From Zootoca vivipara (Eukaryota), in assembly GCF_963506605.1 (NCBI RefSeq), contig NC_083277.1:20708001-20772000 (forward strand): 64,000 nt of DNA, written 5' to 3'. Every line of letters starts with the position of its first letter. The first letter of the stretch is position 1. The notes beneath the pieces were generated by a model, which saw only the letters and a program-made list of their open reading frames with translations, was not told the origin of the DNA and did no database searches. This document shows, piece by piece, positions 11,870 through 23,698 of this stretch. Made by a program: the position numbers and the translations under genes.

Positions 11870-12295
11870 TCATACCACTCTGGCTGGGGAACATCAGTCA
11901 TTAAAAACTTCCCTAAACAAGGCTGTCTTCTAAACGTCAGATGTTTATTTCTTTGATATCTGATGGGAGGGCGTTCCACAGGGCGGGCCCCACTATCGAG
12001 AAGGGCCTCTGCCTTGTTCCCTGCAACCTCGTTTCTCGCAGAAGGCCCTCGGCGCTGGACCTCAGTGTCCGGGTTGAATGATGGGGGTGGAGACACTTCT
12101 TCAGGTATACTGGGGCCAAGGCCGTTTAGGGCTTTAAAGGTCAGCACCAACACTTTGAATTGTGCTCGGAAACGTACTGGAGCCAATGTGTTATGTGGTC
12201 TCGGAGGCCGCTCCCAGTCACCAGTCTAGCTGCTGCATTCTGGATTAGTTTTACTTTCTGGGTCACCTTCAAAGGTAGTCCCACGTAGAGCGTGT
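11870..12295 (-). mobile_element. L2-clade LINE 3' fragment
   Basis: PVRFRAQFKVLVLTFKALNGLGP...RPFSIVGPALWNALP; same family as 62241-62745. Confidence 0.8.
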
Positions 12296-12652
12296 AAGAC
12301 TTTCGTAAGATGTGCTAGTAATTTAAGGTTTCCTATAGGACTGTGGCAGCGGTGCTTGGATGGAAGCGTGGAGTGGCAGCTACTGGGGCTACCACTGCCA
12401 CCAACCTGGAGCTCCCCTGACCTTGCTGCCGCCTTTCCCCACCCCCATTCTGAAGTGCCACAGCATCTCCACCAGCACAGAAAGCCCTGCCCCCTTTATA
12501 AGTCTCTGTTGTTTTTACAAGTTGGTAAAATTGGGAAGATTAACAAACAAAGCTTAAATAGCACATTGACTCATCTTTTACTTGCCGAATGCAGTTTGTT
12601 TTGTATCCCCTTCCTTACGAAACAAAAGCAAAGCAGCAAACAGAAGCAGCTA

Positions 12653-14342
12653 CCGTGTTTCCCCTTTTTTAAGACGTAGTCATAAAGTAAGCCATGGCAG
12701 GATTTTTAAGCTTTTGCAAAATATAAGACATACCCCGAAAATAAGACATACACCCATGACATGTGGAGCGAGACCGCCGAGCGCCCCAGCCAGCCAGCGG
12801 GACCTAGCACGCCAGCTATGGCAGCAGCAGGAGGGGGAGGCCTGCATGCTGTCCCGCCGCCCGGAACTGGCTGCTGGAGCGGCAGCGCCCAGCAACTCAG
12901 AGCACCGGGCGGAGTGCCGGAGCCAGCGGCCTCACCTCCACCCGGCCAAGGAGGCCTGCCATCCCACGGCCCTGAACCGGCTGCTGGAGTGCACAGAGCA
13001 CCCAGCAGCTCGGAGGATCCAGCAGTGCCGAGCGGAGCGCCGGAGCCAGCGGACTCGCCTCCACCCGGCCGAGGAAGCCTGCCATCCCGCCACCCTGAAC
13101 CGGCTGCTGGAGCGCGTGGAGCGCCCAGCAGCTCGGAGAACCCAGCAGCGCCGGGCAGAGCGCCGGAGCCAACGGCCTCGCCTCCGCCCAGCCGAGGACG
13201 CCCGCCATCCCGCCGCCCTGAACCGGCTGCTGGAGCGCGCGGAGCGCTCAGCAGCTCGGAGAACCCAGCAGCGCCGGAGCCAACAGCCTCGCCTCCACCC
13301 AGCCGAGGACGCCCGCCATCTCGCCGCCCTGAACCGGCTGCTGGAGCGCGCGGAGCGCCCAGCAGCTCAGAGAACCCAGCAGCGCCGGGCGGAGCGCCGG
13401 AGCCAACGGCCTCGCCTCCGCCCAGCCGAGGACGCCTGCCATCCCGCCGCCCAGAGCAAAACAAGCGCATGCTTTCCCTTGGCTTGTAAGGCTCTTGCTG
13501 CAGACAAGTGTGCTTCACGGCACTCCATCCTCTGTTGTTTTCCCCAGCAGAAAGTGCCATGCGGGCACTCATCCATACCACAGCAGAGTGTGTCTGCTTC
13601 AAAGGATGAGTTTGCCCCTGACGAGAGCCAAGTGTGGCTTGCTAGCCCAGTATTTCTGTGGTCCCTGCTCAGGCATTCCTGTATTGAGATACCCAGTTCT
13701 GGTGACAACTGGGGTGTCTTTTAAAACCTCCAATTTACAGAGCTACCTGACCTTCTGGAGGCAGCTGCATTCTGATCTGGTAGATTCTAAACTTGCTCTT
13801 TTTCAGTCAGTGGGATACTTCCAGACTCTGCTTCTGCTCTATCTGCCCTGGCTCTGTCTTCCAGCCCTGTCTCGAGGGCTATTGTTTTTCAAAACAAAAG
13901 TCTGCAATCCCATACAGTATCCCCGTAAGTGAACATATCTAACAATTGCTCATAAAATTATGCTGATGCCCTTCTCCTTCCTCAGAACAGGTCTCAAGCC
14001 AAATCATTCTGAAGTTGAAATTTAAGACACAAGCTAGCCTAATGGCTGGATTTCCAAAAGATAAAAACACAATTCTGACAACCCTTTGAATAAGCAGCAT
14101 TGCCATTTGGGCCAGGGCATGGGAATCTGGTATCTGTGGACAATGGTGAGTGGAACTGGCGGCTGCTGCAGCGCCGAGCACTCAGAGAGCCCAGCAGTGC
14201 CCCGAGCCAGCGGCCCGGGCGAGGAGACCGTAAAGTAAAAACCATAATAAAAAAATAAGACATCCCACTGAAAATAAGCCACCCAGTGTTTTTTTGAGAG
14301 AAAAAAGTTATAAGACGGTGTCTTAAAAAAGGGGAAACATGG
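12653..14342. mobile_element. Non-autonomous Tc1/mariner (pogo/Tc2-like) DNA element
   Basis: 23-bp terminal inverted repeats (TIRs) CC(G/A)TGTTTCCCCTTTTTTAAGAC, TA on both flanks, subterminal AAAATAAGAC repeats, no transposase. Confidence 0.85.
12860..13452. repeat. GC-rich minisatellite with a 123-bp unit (~4.5 copies, one unit shortened to 111 bp)
   Basis: GCCATC anchor at 12958, 13081, 13204, 13315 and 13438. Confidence 0.9.
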
Positions 14343-14782
14343 TATGCAACTCTGAAGAAGAGGAGAATACAAAACTAGGAAGCTTAAACAGTTACTAGGA
14401 AGATTCTGAATTAGTGAGTCATCTCCCTGTAAATAAAAATAACCATGGAAAGTGGATTTGATCTATATAGTTTTAAAAATGCATATCCCACCACTGCTGT
14501 CAAGAGCATACGGTAGCTAACAACTAACTAATCAGCATACCGTACTTAATCTATTACATTCTCTACTGTTTTTCCTCTGCAGAACTCAACAGTGGTTCAC
14601 ATGTGGTACCCAGGTGGTTTTCCGTGCCAACCCTGCAGTTAGAACCTGCTTAGCTACTGCAGTTGCAATTCCCGTAACGTGACTCTGGACTGTTTCCAGC
14701 TATCGGCAAGAGGCCTGACATTTCCCAGCTCGGTTCTGTAAGAAATTTAGGTGACCATTAAACACGGAGCCACAATTCTTAC

Positions 14783-14851
14783 CAGTTTCTTTCTGGGGCC
14801 AGATTCCATGTAGTAGGCATATGGATATGTGTACTGCAGCGTGTAACGACA
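14783..14851 (-). CDS. ARIH2: ARIH2 coding exon 12: [23 protein letters not shown]
   Basis: AG/GT boundaries, 69 bp. Confidence 0.96.
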
Positions 14852-15399
14852 CTACAATGAAAAGAGAATGAAAGGAAGACAGCTGTTTTTTTAACGCCGT
14901 GTGCCTGCACAAAAGTTCTCTGTGGGTCTTCCAAATGTCGGGGACACCCGTTTGTCAGTTCTGTGAAGACTGTGCCCACCTTCAGCAGCTAAACCCGCCC
15001 AATGTGCTATATACAAGGCCATCATGCAACACAGCGAGCAGAGGCAGAAATAAAATACACTCTATACACCAAATGAATGGCATGCCAGAGTGGAGATTCC
15101 CAAGGGATGCAGTAGCCACAGAACTTCAGCAGGCTGCGTGGAAAAAGTGAAAGGTCCACAATACGCTCCCTCACCCTAACCTCCCCACCAAGCAGCTCCA
15201 AGTGGTGCTAAGCAGGTTAAAAACAACCCACCCCCTAATCTATAATCCTGCAAAGATCAACCCAGAGTGCTAAGGAAGACAATCTGGCACCTTCCTTGGC
15301 AATAGCTTGCAGTTGATGCCAGGCCCCTGATTACTATTTAAGCTCTCACAATCAACAAAGTTTAAGACCAGCATATACCATTGCCACTCCCACCCCAAA

Positions 15400-15520
15400 T
15401 TTGGAGGTCTTTAAGCAGAGGCTTGACAGGCATATGTCAAGAATGCTTTGATGGTGTTTCCTGCTTGGCAGGGGGTTGGACTGGATGGGCCTTGTGGTCT
15501 CTTCCAACTCTATGATTCTA
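15400..15520 (+). mobile_element. CR1 LINE extreme 3' end
   Basis: Nearly identical to 53262-53380; ends CCAACTCTATGATTCT. Confidence 0.85.
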
Positions 15521-15588
15521 AATATCACCCCATCCTCTTTCTGCACACAGTGGAAAGCATCTTACAATTAACAGCTAGGCACGCCCAC

Positions 15589-15732
15589 CTTAGCTAGCAG
15601 CTTTGCTGCATTCTGTAGATACTGCCAGTCTATCCACGTTCCCAAGTTGTTCATCACCCTTTCTTGTATCTTCTCTTGAATTCGCTGGTATGTCTGTGCC
15701 TCCAGCTGTAAGCTCTTGTTGTGGTTTTCCCA
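15589..15732 (-). CDS. ARIH2: ARIH2 coding exon 11 (Ariadne domain): [11 protein letters not shown]...AAKLLAK
   Basis: AG/GT boundaries, 144 bp. Confidence 0.97.
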
Positions 15733-16578
15733 CTGTGAAAATGGTGTAAGGTGTAAGACGACGATGAGGAATAAAGGGGAGGGAAAGACAGGCTGGGAAA
15801 CAGCAGGCCACAGCAACGCATTGGAAAAGACTGCACGGAAGCACCTTAGAATGCAAAGTCCCTCCTTTGGAAAAGGCAAGATGTACCAGAAAGCAAACAT
15901 ATCGTTGCTGCTTTCTAACAAAATATTACCACATTATCTTTCGGTAAGTGACTCCAGAAGAGCTAAGACAATTCCATTCACATTAGCATTCCCACTTCAA
16001 ATCTGCAGCGATATCAAACTGGAGCAAGGTTTTGCCACGTTTTAAATAGAAAAGCTTCCTGAAGCACTGTCTGAAGAAAGCAAAGCTTTTCATATATGCC
16101 CTTTTTAAATTTGTGATGTGGAACACACACACATATATGCAAACATCGTATTTCCATAATATATTTTGGAGGGGACAATCTAGGTGTTTACACAATGCAG
16201 ATACTTGATTAAATAGGGATTAAGAATGACAAGCCAAGAGGCAGCTTTAAGCAGTTTTGGTGCAGAGTTATGCAGATTTACAGAAGGCAAACTGTACACT
16301 TGTAGGAAGATTCCACTGCAGAGCACCAGAAAATTTTAAGCAACCTATTGCTCTTGGCTTCAAGGAAAGAGCACTATCATTACAGGACAGGCAGAGATTA
16401 TCACTGAAAAGGAGCTTGCTTCTGGAAGAATAACCTTGAGGAATGATCTGGATCTGTGGCTACAGAACGTTTTGTTCAATGAGCGCTTTCTCACAATCAT
16501 CATTAGCATTGCCCTTTGCATAAGGTGAGGTTCATGAAAAAGGCTACAGTTAGCTCCAGCCAAGGAGATGCCTCCTAC

Positions 16579-16730
16579 CCTTTCAAAATAGAACAGGTAC
16601 TTCTTAAGGGCCTCCCTGGCCTGTGCTTGCTGACTCTGGTTTACAATATCAGGATTCTCTTTGTACCGACTGCATTCGTAGTACTCGCTGCCATGAGTCT
16701 TCCAATCCCCTAGACACATCCAGCAGAAGT
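16579..16730 (-). CDS. ARIH2: ARIH2 coding exon 10: [14 protein letters not shown]...YLFYFER
   Basis: AG/GT boundaries, 152 bp. Confidence 0.97.
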
Positions 16731-16956
16731 CTGCAGAGGACAGGAGAGTATACGTTATTGCACAGGGCAATAAATAAAGCAATGCTTCTTTGAGGAACGA
16801 GATCAACACCTCTCCCTCTAAGTGGCAAAGATGCTACCATAGAGCTTGCACATTAACTAGAAGAGCTCTATGGGACCAGTGGGATAGTATCCAAATCAGA
16901 GGGATAAACATTTGCCCCAACTTTAACACACAAAAAACCTGGTGCTGTCTGCTTAC

Positions 16957-16978
16957 CATGTTTGCATTTGGAGCATTG
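16957..16978 (-). CDS. ARIH2: ARIH2 coding exon 9, 22-bp microexon: QCSKCKH
   Basis: ctccAG|CAATGC...CATG|GTAAGC; needed to complete RING2 and keep the frame. Confidence 0.93.
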
Positions 16979-17090
16979 CTGGAGGAGAGAGAGAGGTGGG
17001 GGAGAGAGAAGGCATTAATAAGAAGCAGGCAATGATTTCACCTAAAATTAAGCAGTATAGGATTTCTGATCTTGTCCACAATCTACTCAC

Positions 17091-17141
17091 CATGTGATTG
17101 CAGCCACCATTCTTTTCAATACAGATATTGCACTTGGGACA
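17091..17141 (-). CDS. ARIH2: ARIH2 coding exon 8 (RING2/Rcat with the catalytic Cys): [17 protein letters not shown]
   Basis: AG/GT boundaries, 51 bp. Confidence 0.96.
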
Positions 17142-17524
17142 CTGGAGGTAGAGGGGAAAAGAGAGGACACAGCTTAGATTGCCCCATGTGTTTCAACAAT
17201 CAGGAGTTTGGTCTTTGACAACTCTTCATACTCCTCCCTTGTGCAAGAATTATCAGGCCTGTCTATGTCGTCAATCCCTTTTCCCTCTCTTTGCTTGGAC
17301 ACAATTATATTTCAGTCTTGTTCTACTTGGGAACATAGGAAACTGCCTTACACCAAGATTTGCATGTAGGTATTAAGGTTTGAGCCTTGGAATCTCCAGT
17401 TAAAGAAGCCACAGATCCATGCTAGGGAAAACTTCCGCCTGAGACTTTGGAGACCCACTGACAGTTATGTTATATGCTACATGGCTAGATGGACCAATGG
17501 ATAGATTATAAAACATCTCTTTAC

Positions 17525-17614
17525 CATAGCTGCCAAGTTTTCCCTTTTCTCGCAAGGAAGCCTATTCAGCATAAGGGAAAATCCCTTAAAAAAAGGGATA
17601 ACTTGGCAGCTATG
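17525..17614. mobile_element. 90-bp hAT-type MITE
   Basis: TIR CATAGCTGCCAAGTT; 8-bp TSD CTCTTTAC; second copy at 48774-48863. Confidence 0.85.
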
Positions 17615-17772
17615 CTCTTTACTTCCCTTCAATGCTATCCCATGCTGCCCAATATTTCTTCATTAGTTTCTCCTTACATTCGATTTACTTTGCACATTCT
17701 TCACCAGTACTACAATTAAAATGCCTTCAGATTCCTTTTACCTTCTGCTCACACTTCCTTTCTTCTAGAGTT

Positions 17773-17908
17773 CAGGGTTTCTCAAACTTGGGTCTCCAGC
17801 TGTTGTTGGACTACAGCTCCCATCATCCCTAGCTAGCAGGACCAGTGGTCTGGGATGGTGGGAATTGTAATCCAAAAATAGGTGGCGACCCAAGTTTGGG
17901 AAACCCTG
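17773..17908. mobile_element. ~136-bp hAT-type MITE
   Basis: TIR CAGGGTTTC.CAAACTTGGGTC; internal GGACTACA.CTCCCATC palindrome. Confidence 0.75.
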
Positions 17909-18351
17909 TTCTAACTTGTCTAACTTCTCTCTAGTGTGATCTGAAAAACGTAAATAAGACCTGGTTCTCCGTTCTGGGAGATCCAAGTATCAGGTATGCA
18001 AACAGGAAGATTAGACCAATACTTTCCACCCACCCCTTTCACCTTCTTTCCATTTTGTGTAACTGTGCCTTTAGTCTGCTTGGTGGGCACTGGTGAGTCA
18101 TGTATTAGGAGGAGATGGAGATGAGAATGAAAGAAGGGATGGTACTAGGTAGGGGGCGAAATGTTCTATACTCAACATTCTCTATTTAGAATACAGCACA
18201 CATTAGCTATAGAAACGTTTGAAAATAGATTGAGAGAAAACCATAAACAAACATCTAGCATGTAAGAGCAGCTTGCTGCAACCCCCCACTGAAAAAAACT
18301 GAAAAGGAGCAAAGTTATAAATGGAAAGGTCACTCCCACACACACACTTAC

Positions 18352-18469
18352 ATCTTTAGTGTGAGCACTGATATAGTTGGCTGTTTCAGAGTCATCTGCA
18401 CACTTGGTGAGCCATTTTCGAATGGTGGCACAATCTGTGGGAGCATGGTACATCTGCCGACACTTGAAA
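18352..18469 (-). CDS. ARIH2: ARIH2 coding exon 7: [13 protein letters not shown]...SAHTKD
   Basis: AG/GT boundaries, 118 bp. Confidence 0.97.
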
Positions 18470-18623
18470 CTTAAAACAAAGAGAAAGGCATGTCCACTTT
18501 CCAGAAATCATATTGCATGCAACCAATGACTTTTAAAAAAAGGTAGCAGAAAAGGGACTCGTACACAGTGTTATGTTTTCTCTGTAATGCTGCACAAGCA
18601 CCGTTCAGACTCTTGGTAGGGTG

Positions 18624-18668
18624 CATGCAAGTGCACGTGCGCACGCACGCACGCATGCACGCACACAC

Positions 18669-18706
<38 letters not shown>
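18624..18706. repeat. (CACG)n/(CA)n alternating purine-pyrimidine tract
   Basis: Direct read. Confidence 0.9.
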
Positions 18707-19248
18707 CATGAAAGACCTGTATTTGGTACTGCAACAAAACTTAGTATCTTGCAAGTCTCAATTAAAAAAATGAAAGAAGCCAAACTCAAAAAACATTTCA
18801 GCTCTTGTTTATGCCAAGGTAAGCTCGGGACAGGTTATGTGGGCAGAGTATCATGTAAGCTCTGGGGAAGGGCTGAGTGAACTTTCCAGGAGCCAGACGA
18901 CTGGGCTACAATGACCCTCTTCACTCCATGCACACACTCCACCTTGACCAATTAGGGGAAAAAACAGTGGGAGGAATTCACTGCAGCGTTATGGCAATCA
19001 TATAGTCAGTGCAAGCATTTCAGCTTGCCAGATGGAACAATTCCACCTCGTTTCACTCTGTGCACTGTTCAAGAGGTTCACCTGCCGCCCCCATCAAGGA
19101 ATTTTTTTGGGGGGAGGAGGAAAGCCCTGTCACACTAGCAGAAGTCCTTTCACCCCTACTCCATCCTCTGATGGCAGAGTTCAGGTTTTTATTTTTTTTG
19201 GCAGTATATTCACAGCCTTACCCATTTGTCACTAATGTACAGTCATAC

Positions 19249-20560
19249 ACGTAGCCAAAGAATGCTCCAACTACTGCACAATTGCGCTCATTTTACACGC
19301 TAGCAAGGTTATGCTTAAAATTCTACAAGGCAGGCTTAAGCAGTATGTGGACCGAGAACTCCCAGAAGTGCAAGCTGGATTTCGAAGGGGCAGAGGAACC
19401 AGAGACCAAATAGCAAACATGCGCTGGATTATGGAGAAAGCTAGAGAGTTCCAGAAAAACATCTACTTCTGCTTCATTGACTACACAAAAGCATTTGACT
19501 GTGTTGACCACAGCAAATGATGGAAAGTTCTTAAAGAAATGGGAGTGCCTGATCATCTCATCTGTCTCCTGAGAAATCTCTATGTGGGACAAGAAGCTAC
19601 AGTTAGAACTGGATATGGAATAAATGATTAGTTCAAAATTGGGAAAGGAGTACAACAAGGCTGTATATTGTCTCCTTGCTTATTTAACTTATATGCAGAA
19701 TTCATCATTAGAAAGGCTGGACTGGATGAATCCCAAGCCGGAATGAAGATTGCCGGAAGAAATATCAACAACCTCAGATATGCAGATGATACAACCTTGA
19801 TGGCAGAAAGTGAGGAGGAATTAAAGAACCTTTTAATGAGGGTGAAAGAGGAGAGCGCAAAATATGGTCTGAAGCTCAACATAAAAAAAACTAAGATCAT
19901 GGCTACTGGTCCCATCACCTCCTGGCAAATAGAAGGGGAAGAAATGGAGGCAGTGAGAGATTTTACTTCCTTGGGTTCCATGATCACTGCAGATGGTGAC
20001 AGCAGTCACAAAATTAAAAGATGCCTGCTTCTTAGGAGAAAAGCAATGACAAACCTAGACAGCATCTTAAAAAGCAGAGACATCACCTTGCCAACAAAGG
20101 TCCGTATAGTTAAAGCTATGGTTTTCCCAGTAGTGATGTATGGAAGTGAGAGCCGGACCATAAAGAAGGCTTATCGCCGAAGAATTGATGCTTTTGAATT
20201 ATGGTGCTGGAGGAGACTCTTGAGAGTCCCATGGACTGCTAGAAGATCAAACCTATCCATCCTGAAGGAAATCAGCCCTGAGTGCTCACTGGAAGGACAG
20301 ATCCTGAAGCTGAGGCTCTAATACTTTGGCCACCTCATGAGAAGAGAAGACTCCCTGGAAAAGACCCTGATGTTGGGAAAGATGGAGGGCACAAGGAGAA
20401 GGGGACGACAGAGGACGAGATGGTTGGATAGTGTTCTCGAAGCCACCAACATGAGTCTGACCAAACTGCGGGAGGCAGTGCAAGACAGGAGTGCCTGGCG
20501 TGCTCTGGTCCATGTGGTCACGAAGAGTCAGACACGACTGAGCGACTAAACAACAACAAC
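19249..20560 (+). mobile_element. BovB (RTE clade) LINE, 5'-truncated, with a degenerate reverse transcriptase (RT)
   Basis: QAGFRRGRGTRDQI, FIDYTKAFDCVDH, NLRYADDTTL; in-frame stops; (CAA)n tail; TSD ACAGTC(A/G)TAC. Confidence 0.95.
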
Positions 20561-20561
20561 A

Positions 20562-20810
20562 CAGTCGTACCTTGGAAGTCAAACGGAATCCGTTCCAGAA
20601 GTCCGTTTGACTTCCAAAATGTTCGGAAACCAAAGCGCTGCTTCTGATTGGCTGCAGGAAGCTCCTGCAGCCAATCAGAAGCCACGGAAGCCCTGTCGGA
20701 CGTTCGGGTTTCAAAGAATGTTCGCAAACCAGAACACTCACTTCTGGGTTTGCGGTGCTTGGGAGCCAAAACATCAAAGTAACAAGGTGTTCGGGATCCA
20801 GGTACAACTG
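20562..20810. mobile_element. Tigger/mariner-like MITE
   Basis: Termini CAGTCGTACC...GGTACAACTG|TA; internal palindrome CTGATTGGCTGCAGGA...TCCTGCAGCCAATCAG. Confidence 0.7.
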
Positions 20811-21362
20811 TATTGTAGTAAAGTATTGCTGTCTTCTTCAAAGTCCTTATAAGCACTTCTTCTCCCTACGCTTATTCCATCCCTCAGGTGTCAGTTCACT
20901 CAGGACAGGTTATTTGAAGACTGTGCCATCCAAGACTGGCTTGATTGTGAATAGCCATCATGCACTCCTGGCAAATTATTTCTACTGTAGCAGAGGGATG
21001 GGGAACCTCAGACCCGGAAAACCAAACACCTGGTCCTTAAGACTCTCCCAGGTTACACCCCTCAGCAGCCCTGCTCCATGGCTTCTCTGAGGGCTTTTGC
21101 CTGCTTACAATGTACTATTAATCTGCAATAATTCCTCCTGCTTGTCTGGATGGAGGCTGACAAGATGTGTGGACTTTTGGGGGCTGGAATGTAGTTGAGG
21201 TGGTACAAAAGACAGGAGACACACTCATCGCTACATCCACTTTTGCTCCTGGCCCTGCCCAGGTGGTTTACCATGGGGGAATGTAACCCTCGAGCTGAGA
21301 AAAGGTCCATACCCCTGTTGTAGCATCTCCTTTAGGTGTTCATTCAACGCTCACAACTTTAA

Positions 21363-21545
21363 TGGGGATTGTCTGTAGCTCAGTGGCAGAGCACATACTT
21401 GGCATGAAAAAGGATCCAGGTTCGATCCGCGGCATCTCCAGGGAGGGCCGAGGAGGACTCCATTCTGGAGAGCCGCTGCGGCTCAGTGTCAACAATAACA
21501 GAGTTAGAAGCACCACTGGTCCAACTTGGTGTAAGGCAGTTTCCC
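21363..21545 (+). mobile_element. tRNA-derived SINE
   Basis: Pol III A box (TAGCTCAGTGG) and B box (GGTTCGATCC) followed by a non-tRNA body; older relative at ~44125-44420. Confidence 0.7.
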
Positions 21546-21854
21546 GTATCCCTAATACATCAATTTGGCCAGCCATTGACAATTCTGCCTTAGAGATAGC
21601 TGTGTATAGCTGTGTTTGCAAGCTTCTTCAGCCACGAGGGACACTTCCAAAGCTCGACTGGAGAAGCACCCTTGAGAGCTAATTTGGCATGGGCAATTTG
21701 ATCTCACCAAGTTTTATTTTCATATACTTTGCATAGGATGGCCTAAGCAGCTCTTGTCAAGTAGTCTCCCTCTCTGGACTATTCTGGTTACTTGGCTAAG
21801 GAAAACTCGTGCCTTGCTGTCCCTCTGCTCACAACTCAAGTTTAATTTTCTTAC

Positions 21855-21964
21855 CAGAAAACTTCATTGCATCGATTGCACTGCACTCTGCGAGCTTTGG
21901 GCTCCTGTACCTGTATGACCATAGGACAGTCTGCGCCGGGACAGAGCTGCAGCTGGAAATGGCT
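21855..21964 (-). CDS. ARIH2: ARIH2 coding exon 6 (IBR): [37 protein letters not shown]
   Basis: AG/GT boundaries, 110 bp. Confidence 0.96.
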
Positions 21965-22661
21965 CTGCAAAGAAACCCATCACAAGCCTCTGTTAGAAAT
22001 TGGCCCAGCTGAGTAGGAAGGAATCATTACTTCTGATCAATCAGGTGTAAAAAGGCCCATCATATCATATTGAAAATCTAACCTATGGGAGACCCAATGT
22101 AGGTCCTTGGTATCCTTGTGAAAAAAAAAAGGAGGGGAAATTCTCCTGCAGACTACCAAGAAAAATAAAAAGCTTTTTAATGTGCCCTGGCAGCCAGTCT
22201 GATCCATACATTATATTTACATTGTTTTCTTCTAACTGCTTTATGAAACCGATATTATGCCCTTACTTCTTGCTACAGTTGTTTATAAAGCATCCCTTCA
22301 GGTCAGTTGTAAATTCAATCAAGAAATTAAACTGATTTAAAGAACTGCAATTCTTCTCTTTATCAAGTGGAAGAAATAATCAAGAAATGGTATTTAAATC
22401 TCTTGTGGGGGTATAGATCCACTGCATTTCCTTTTTTCATGTACATCAGTGGTTTGGCTTTTTTTTTTTTAAAGAAAAACAAAGCCTGAACAAGGAATTT
22501 TTAAAAAAAGTATAAGGAAGCCTTGATAAAATAAAGAGACTGGGTAACTGTATATTTTATAGTGATCGAGTAAAACTGGAGCATTTGGCAGCTAAGTGAA
22601 TCTGTCAGGATAGAGGACTATGAGTTTTAATGAAATGATGCTAATTCACAGAAATGTATCA

Positions 22662-22943
22662 CAGTGGTGCCTCGCAAGACGAATTTAATTCATTCTGTGA
22701 GTCAATTCGTTTTGCGAAAAATTCGTCTTGCGAATTCCATAGGAATGCATTGAATTTTTGTTTTTGTTTTTTCCCATAGGAACGCATTAAATGAATTTCA
22801 ATGCATTCCTATGGGAAACCGCAATTCGCTAGACGAATTTTTCACAAAACGAATTCGTCTTGCGAGGCAACCTCCAATCGCAAAACCCATTTGTCTAGCA
22901 AAAAATTCGTCTAGCAGGGCATTCGTCTAGCGAGGTACCACTG
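22662..22943. mobile_element. Tigger-like MITE
   Basis: TIR CAGTGGT(G/A)CCTCGC; central TCC.ATAGGAATGCATTGAA palindrome. Confidence 0.85.
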
Positions 22944-23009
22944 TATGTGCATTTCCATTGGCATTGAAGAACACACAGAACACCCTGATGGCAAAACAGA
23001 AAACAATAC

Positions 23010-23131
23010 CTCAATGTAATCCCTGAAGAGGTAGCGTCTGTATTTGTCTTTCAGCTCCTCGCTAGGTAGCAATGGAAACACAAAATCTTCAGGAGTCCGG
23101 AGCAGGCAGTCCTGAGCCATGCAGGAGACAC
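23010..23131 (-). CDS. ARIH2: ARIH2 coding exon 5: [16 protein letters not shown]...RDYIE
   Basis: AG/GT boundaries, 122 bp. Confidence 0.97.
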
Positions 23132-23550
23132 CTGTTTAAAAAGCCAGAGGAGCTATTGCATGTGACGACCACATTACTGTGTCACCAGGGACAAAGCAGA
23201 GGTTTATGTTTATTCTCTCTCTCTCTCTATTGAACCAAGAGAACAGAGAAGACTGAGGCAGTTGACCGTATGACTGAATCTGTAGGTGGAGATCAGGAAG
23301 TTGCAGAAAAGGCTGCATGGGATTGACCGATGTCCCACAACAAGTTCTGTAACTGCTGGGGTGATAAACATAAATGCGACTTAAGGCGATTGCCTTGGAT
23401 CGGCCACGCTCCATGTATCGGGGGTTGGAGGGTCGCAGGCTCCCCACCTCTGCTCACATAAGATTATGAAAAGTTTTTAAAGTTGAAAGAAGACGGGAGG
23501 GAAAGAGGCATGTGATAGGGTACAGAAGGGGTACGTTGCTCTGAGCTCAC

Positions 23551-23698
23551 CAACTCCGACTCCATCCTTGACGAGAACTGTACAGTGCTGCTCCCAACAG
23601 CTGCGGCAGAACTGGTGCTGACAAGCCAGAGACAACAAGTTTTCCTTTCGGACAAACTGCATACACACCGCGCAGTGCTGGGAGGAATGTACCATGGC
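23551..23698 (-). CDS. ARIH2: ARIH2 coding exon 4 (RING1): [15 protein letters not shown]...KDGVGV
   Basis: AG/GT boundaries, 148 bp; RING Cys/His pattern. Confidence 0.96.

Noticed and set aside
12860-13452. CRISPR-like array
   Set aside because: These are contiguous tandem units with no unique spacers, in eukaryotic DNA.
12582-13724. 380-aa ORF and overlapping 298-aa and 242-aa ORFs as a novel protein-coding gene
   Set aside because: They arise from a GC-rich minisatellite inside a TIR-bounded element, are open on both strands, and show no recognisable domain or splice structure.
19311-20549. Active reverse transcriptase gene
   Set aside because: It is a 5'-truncated BovB copy with several in-frame stops.
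21363-21440. tRNA gene
   Set aside because: A and B boxes are present but the cloverleaf is degenerate and runs into a SINE body.
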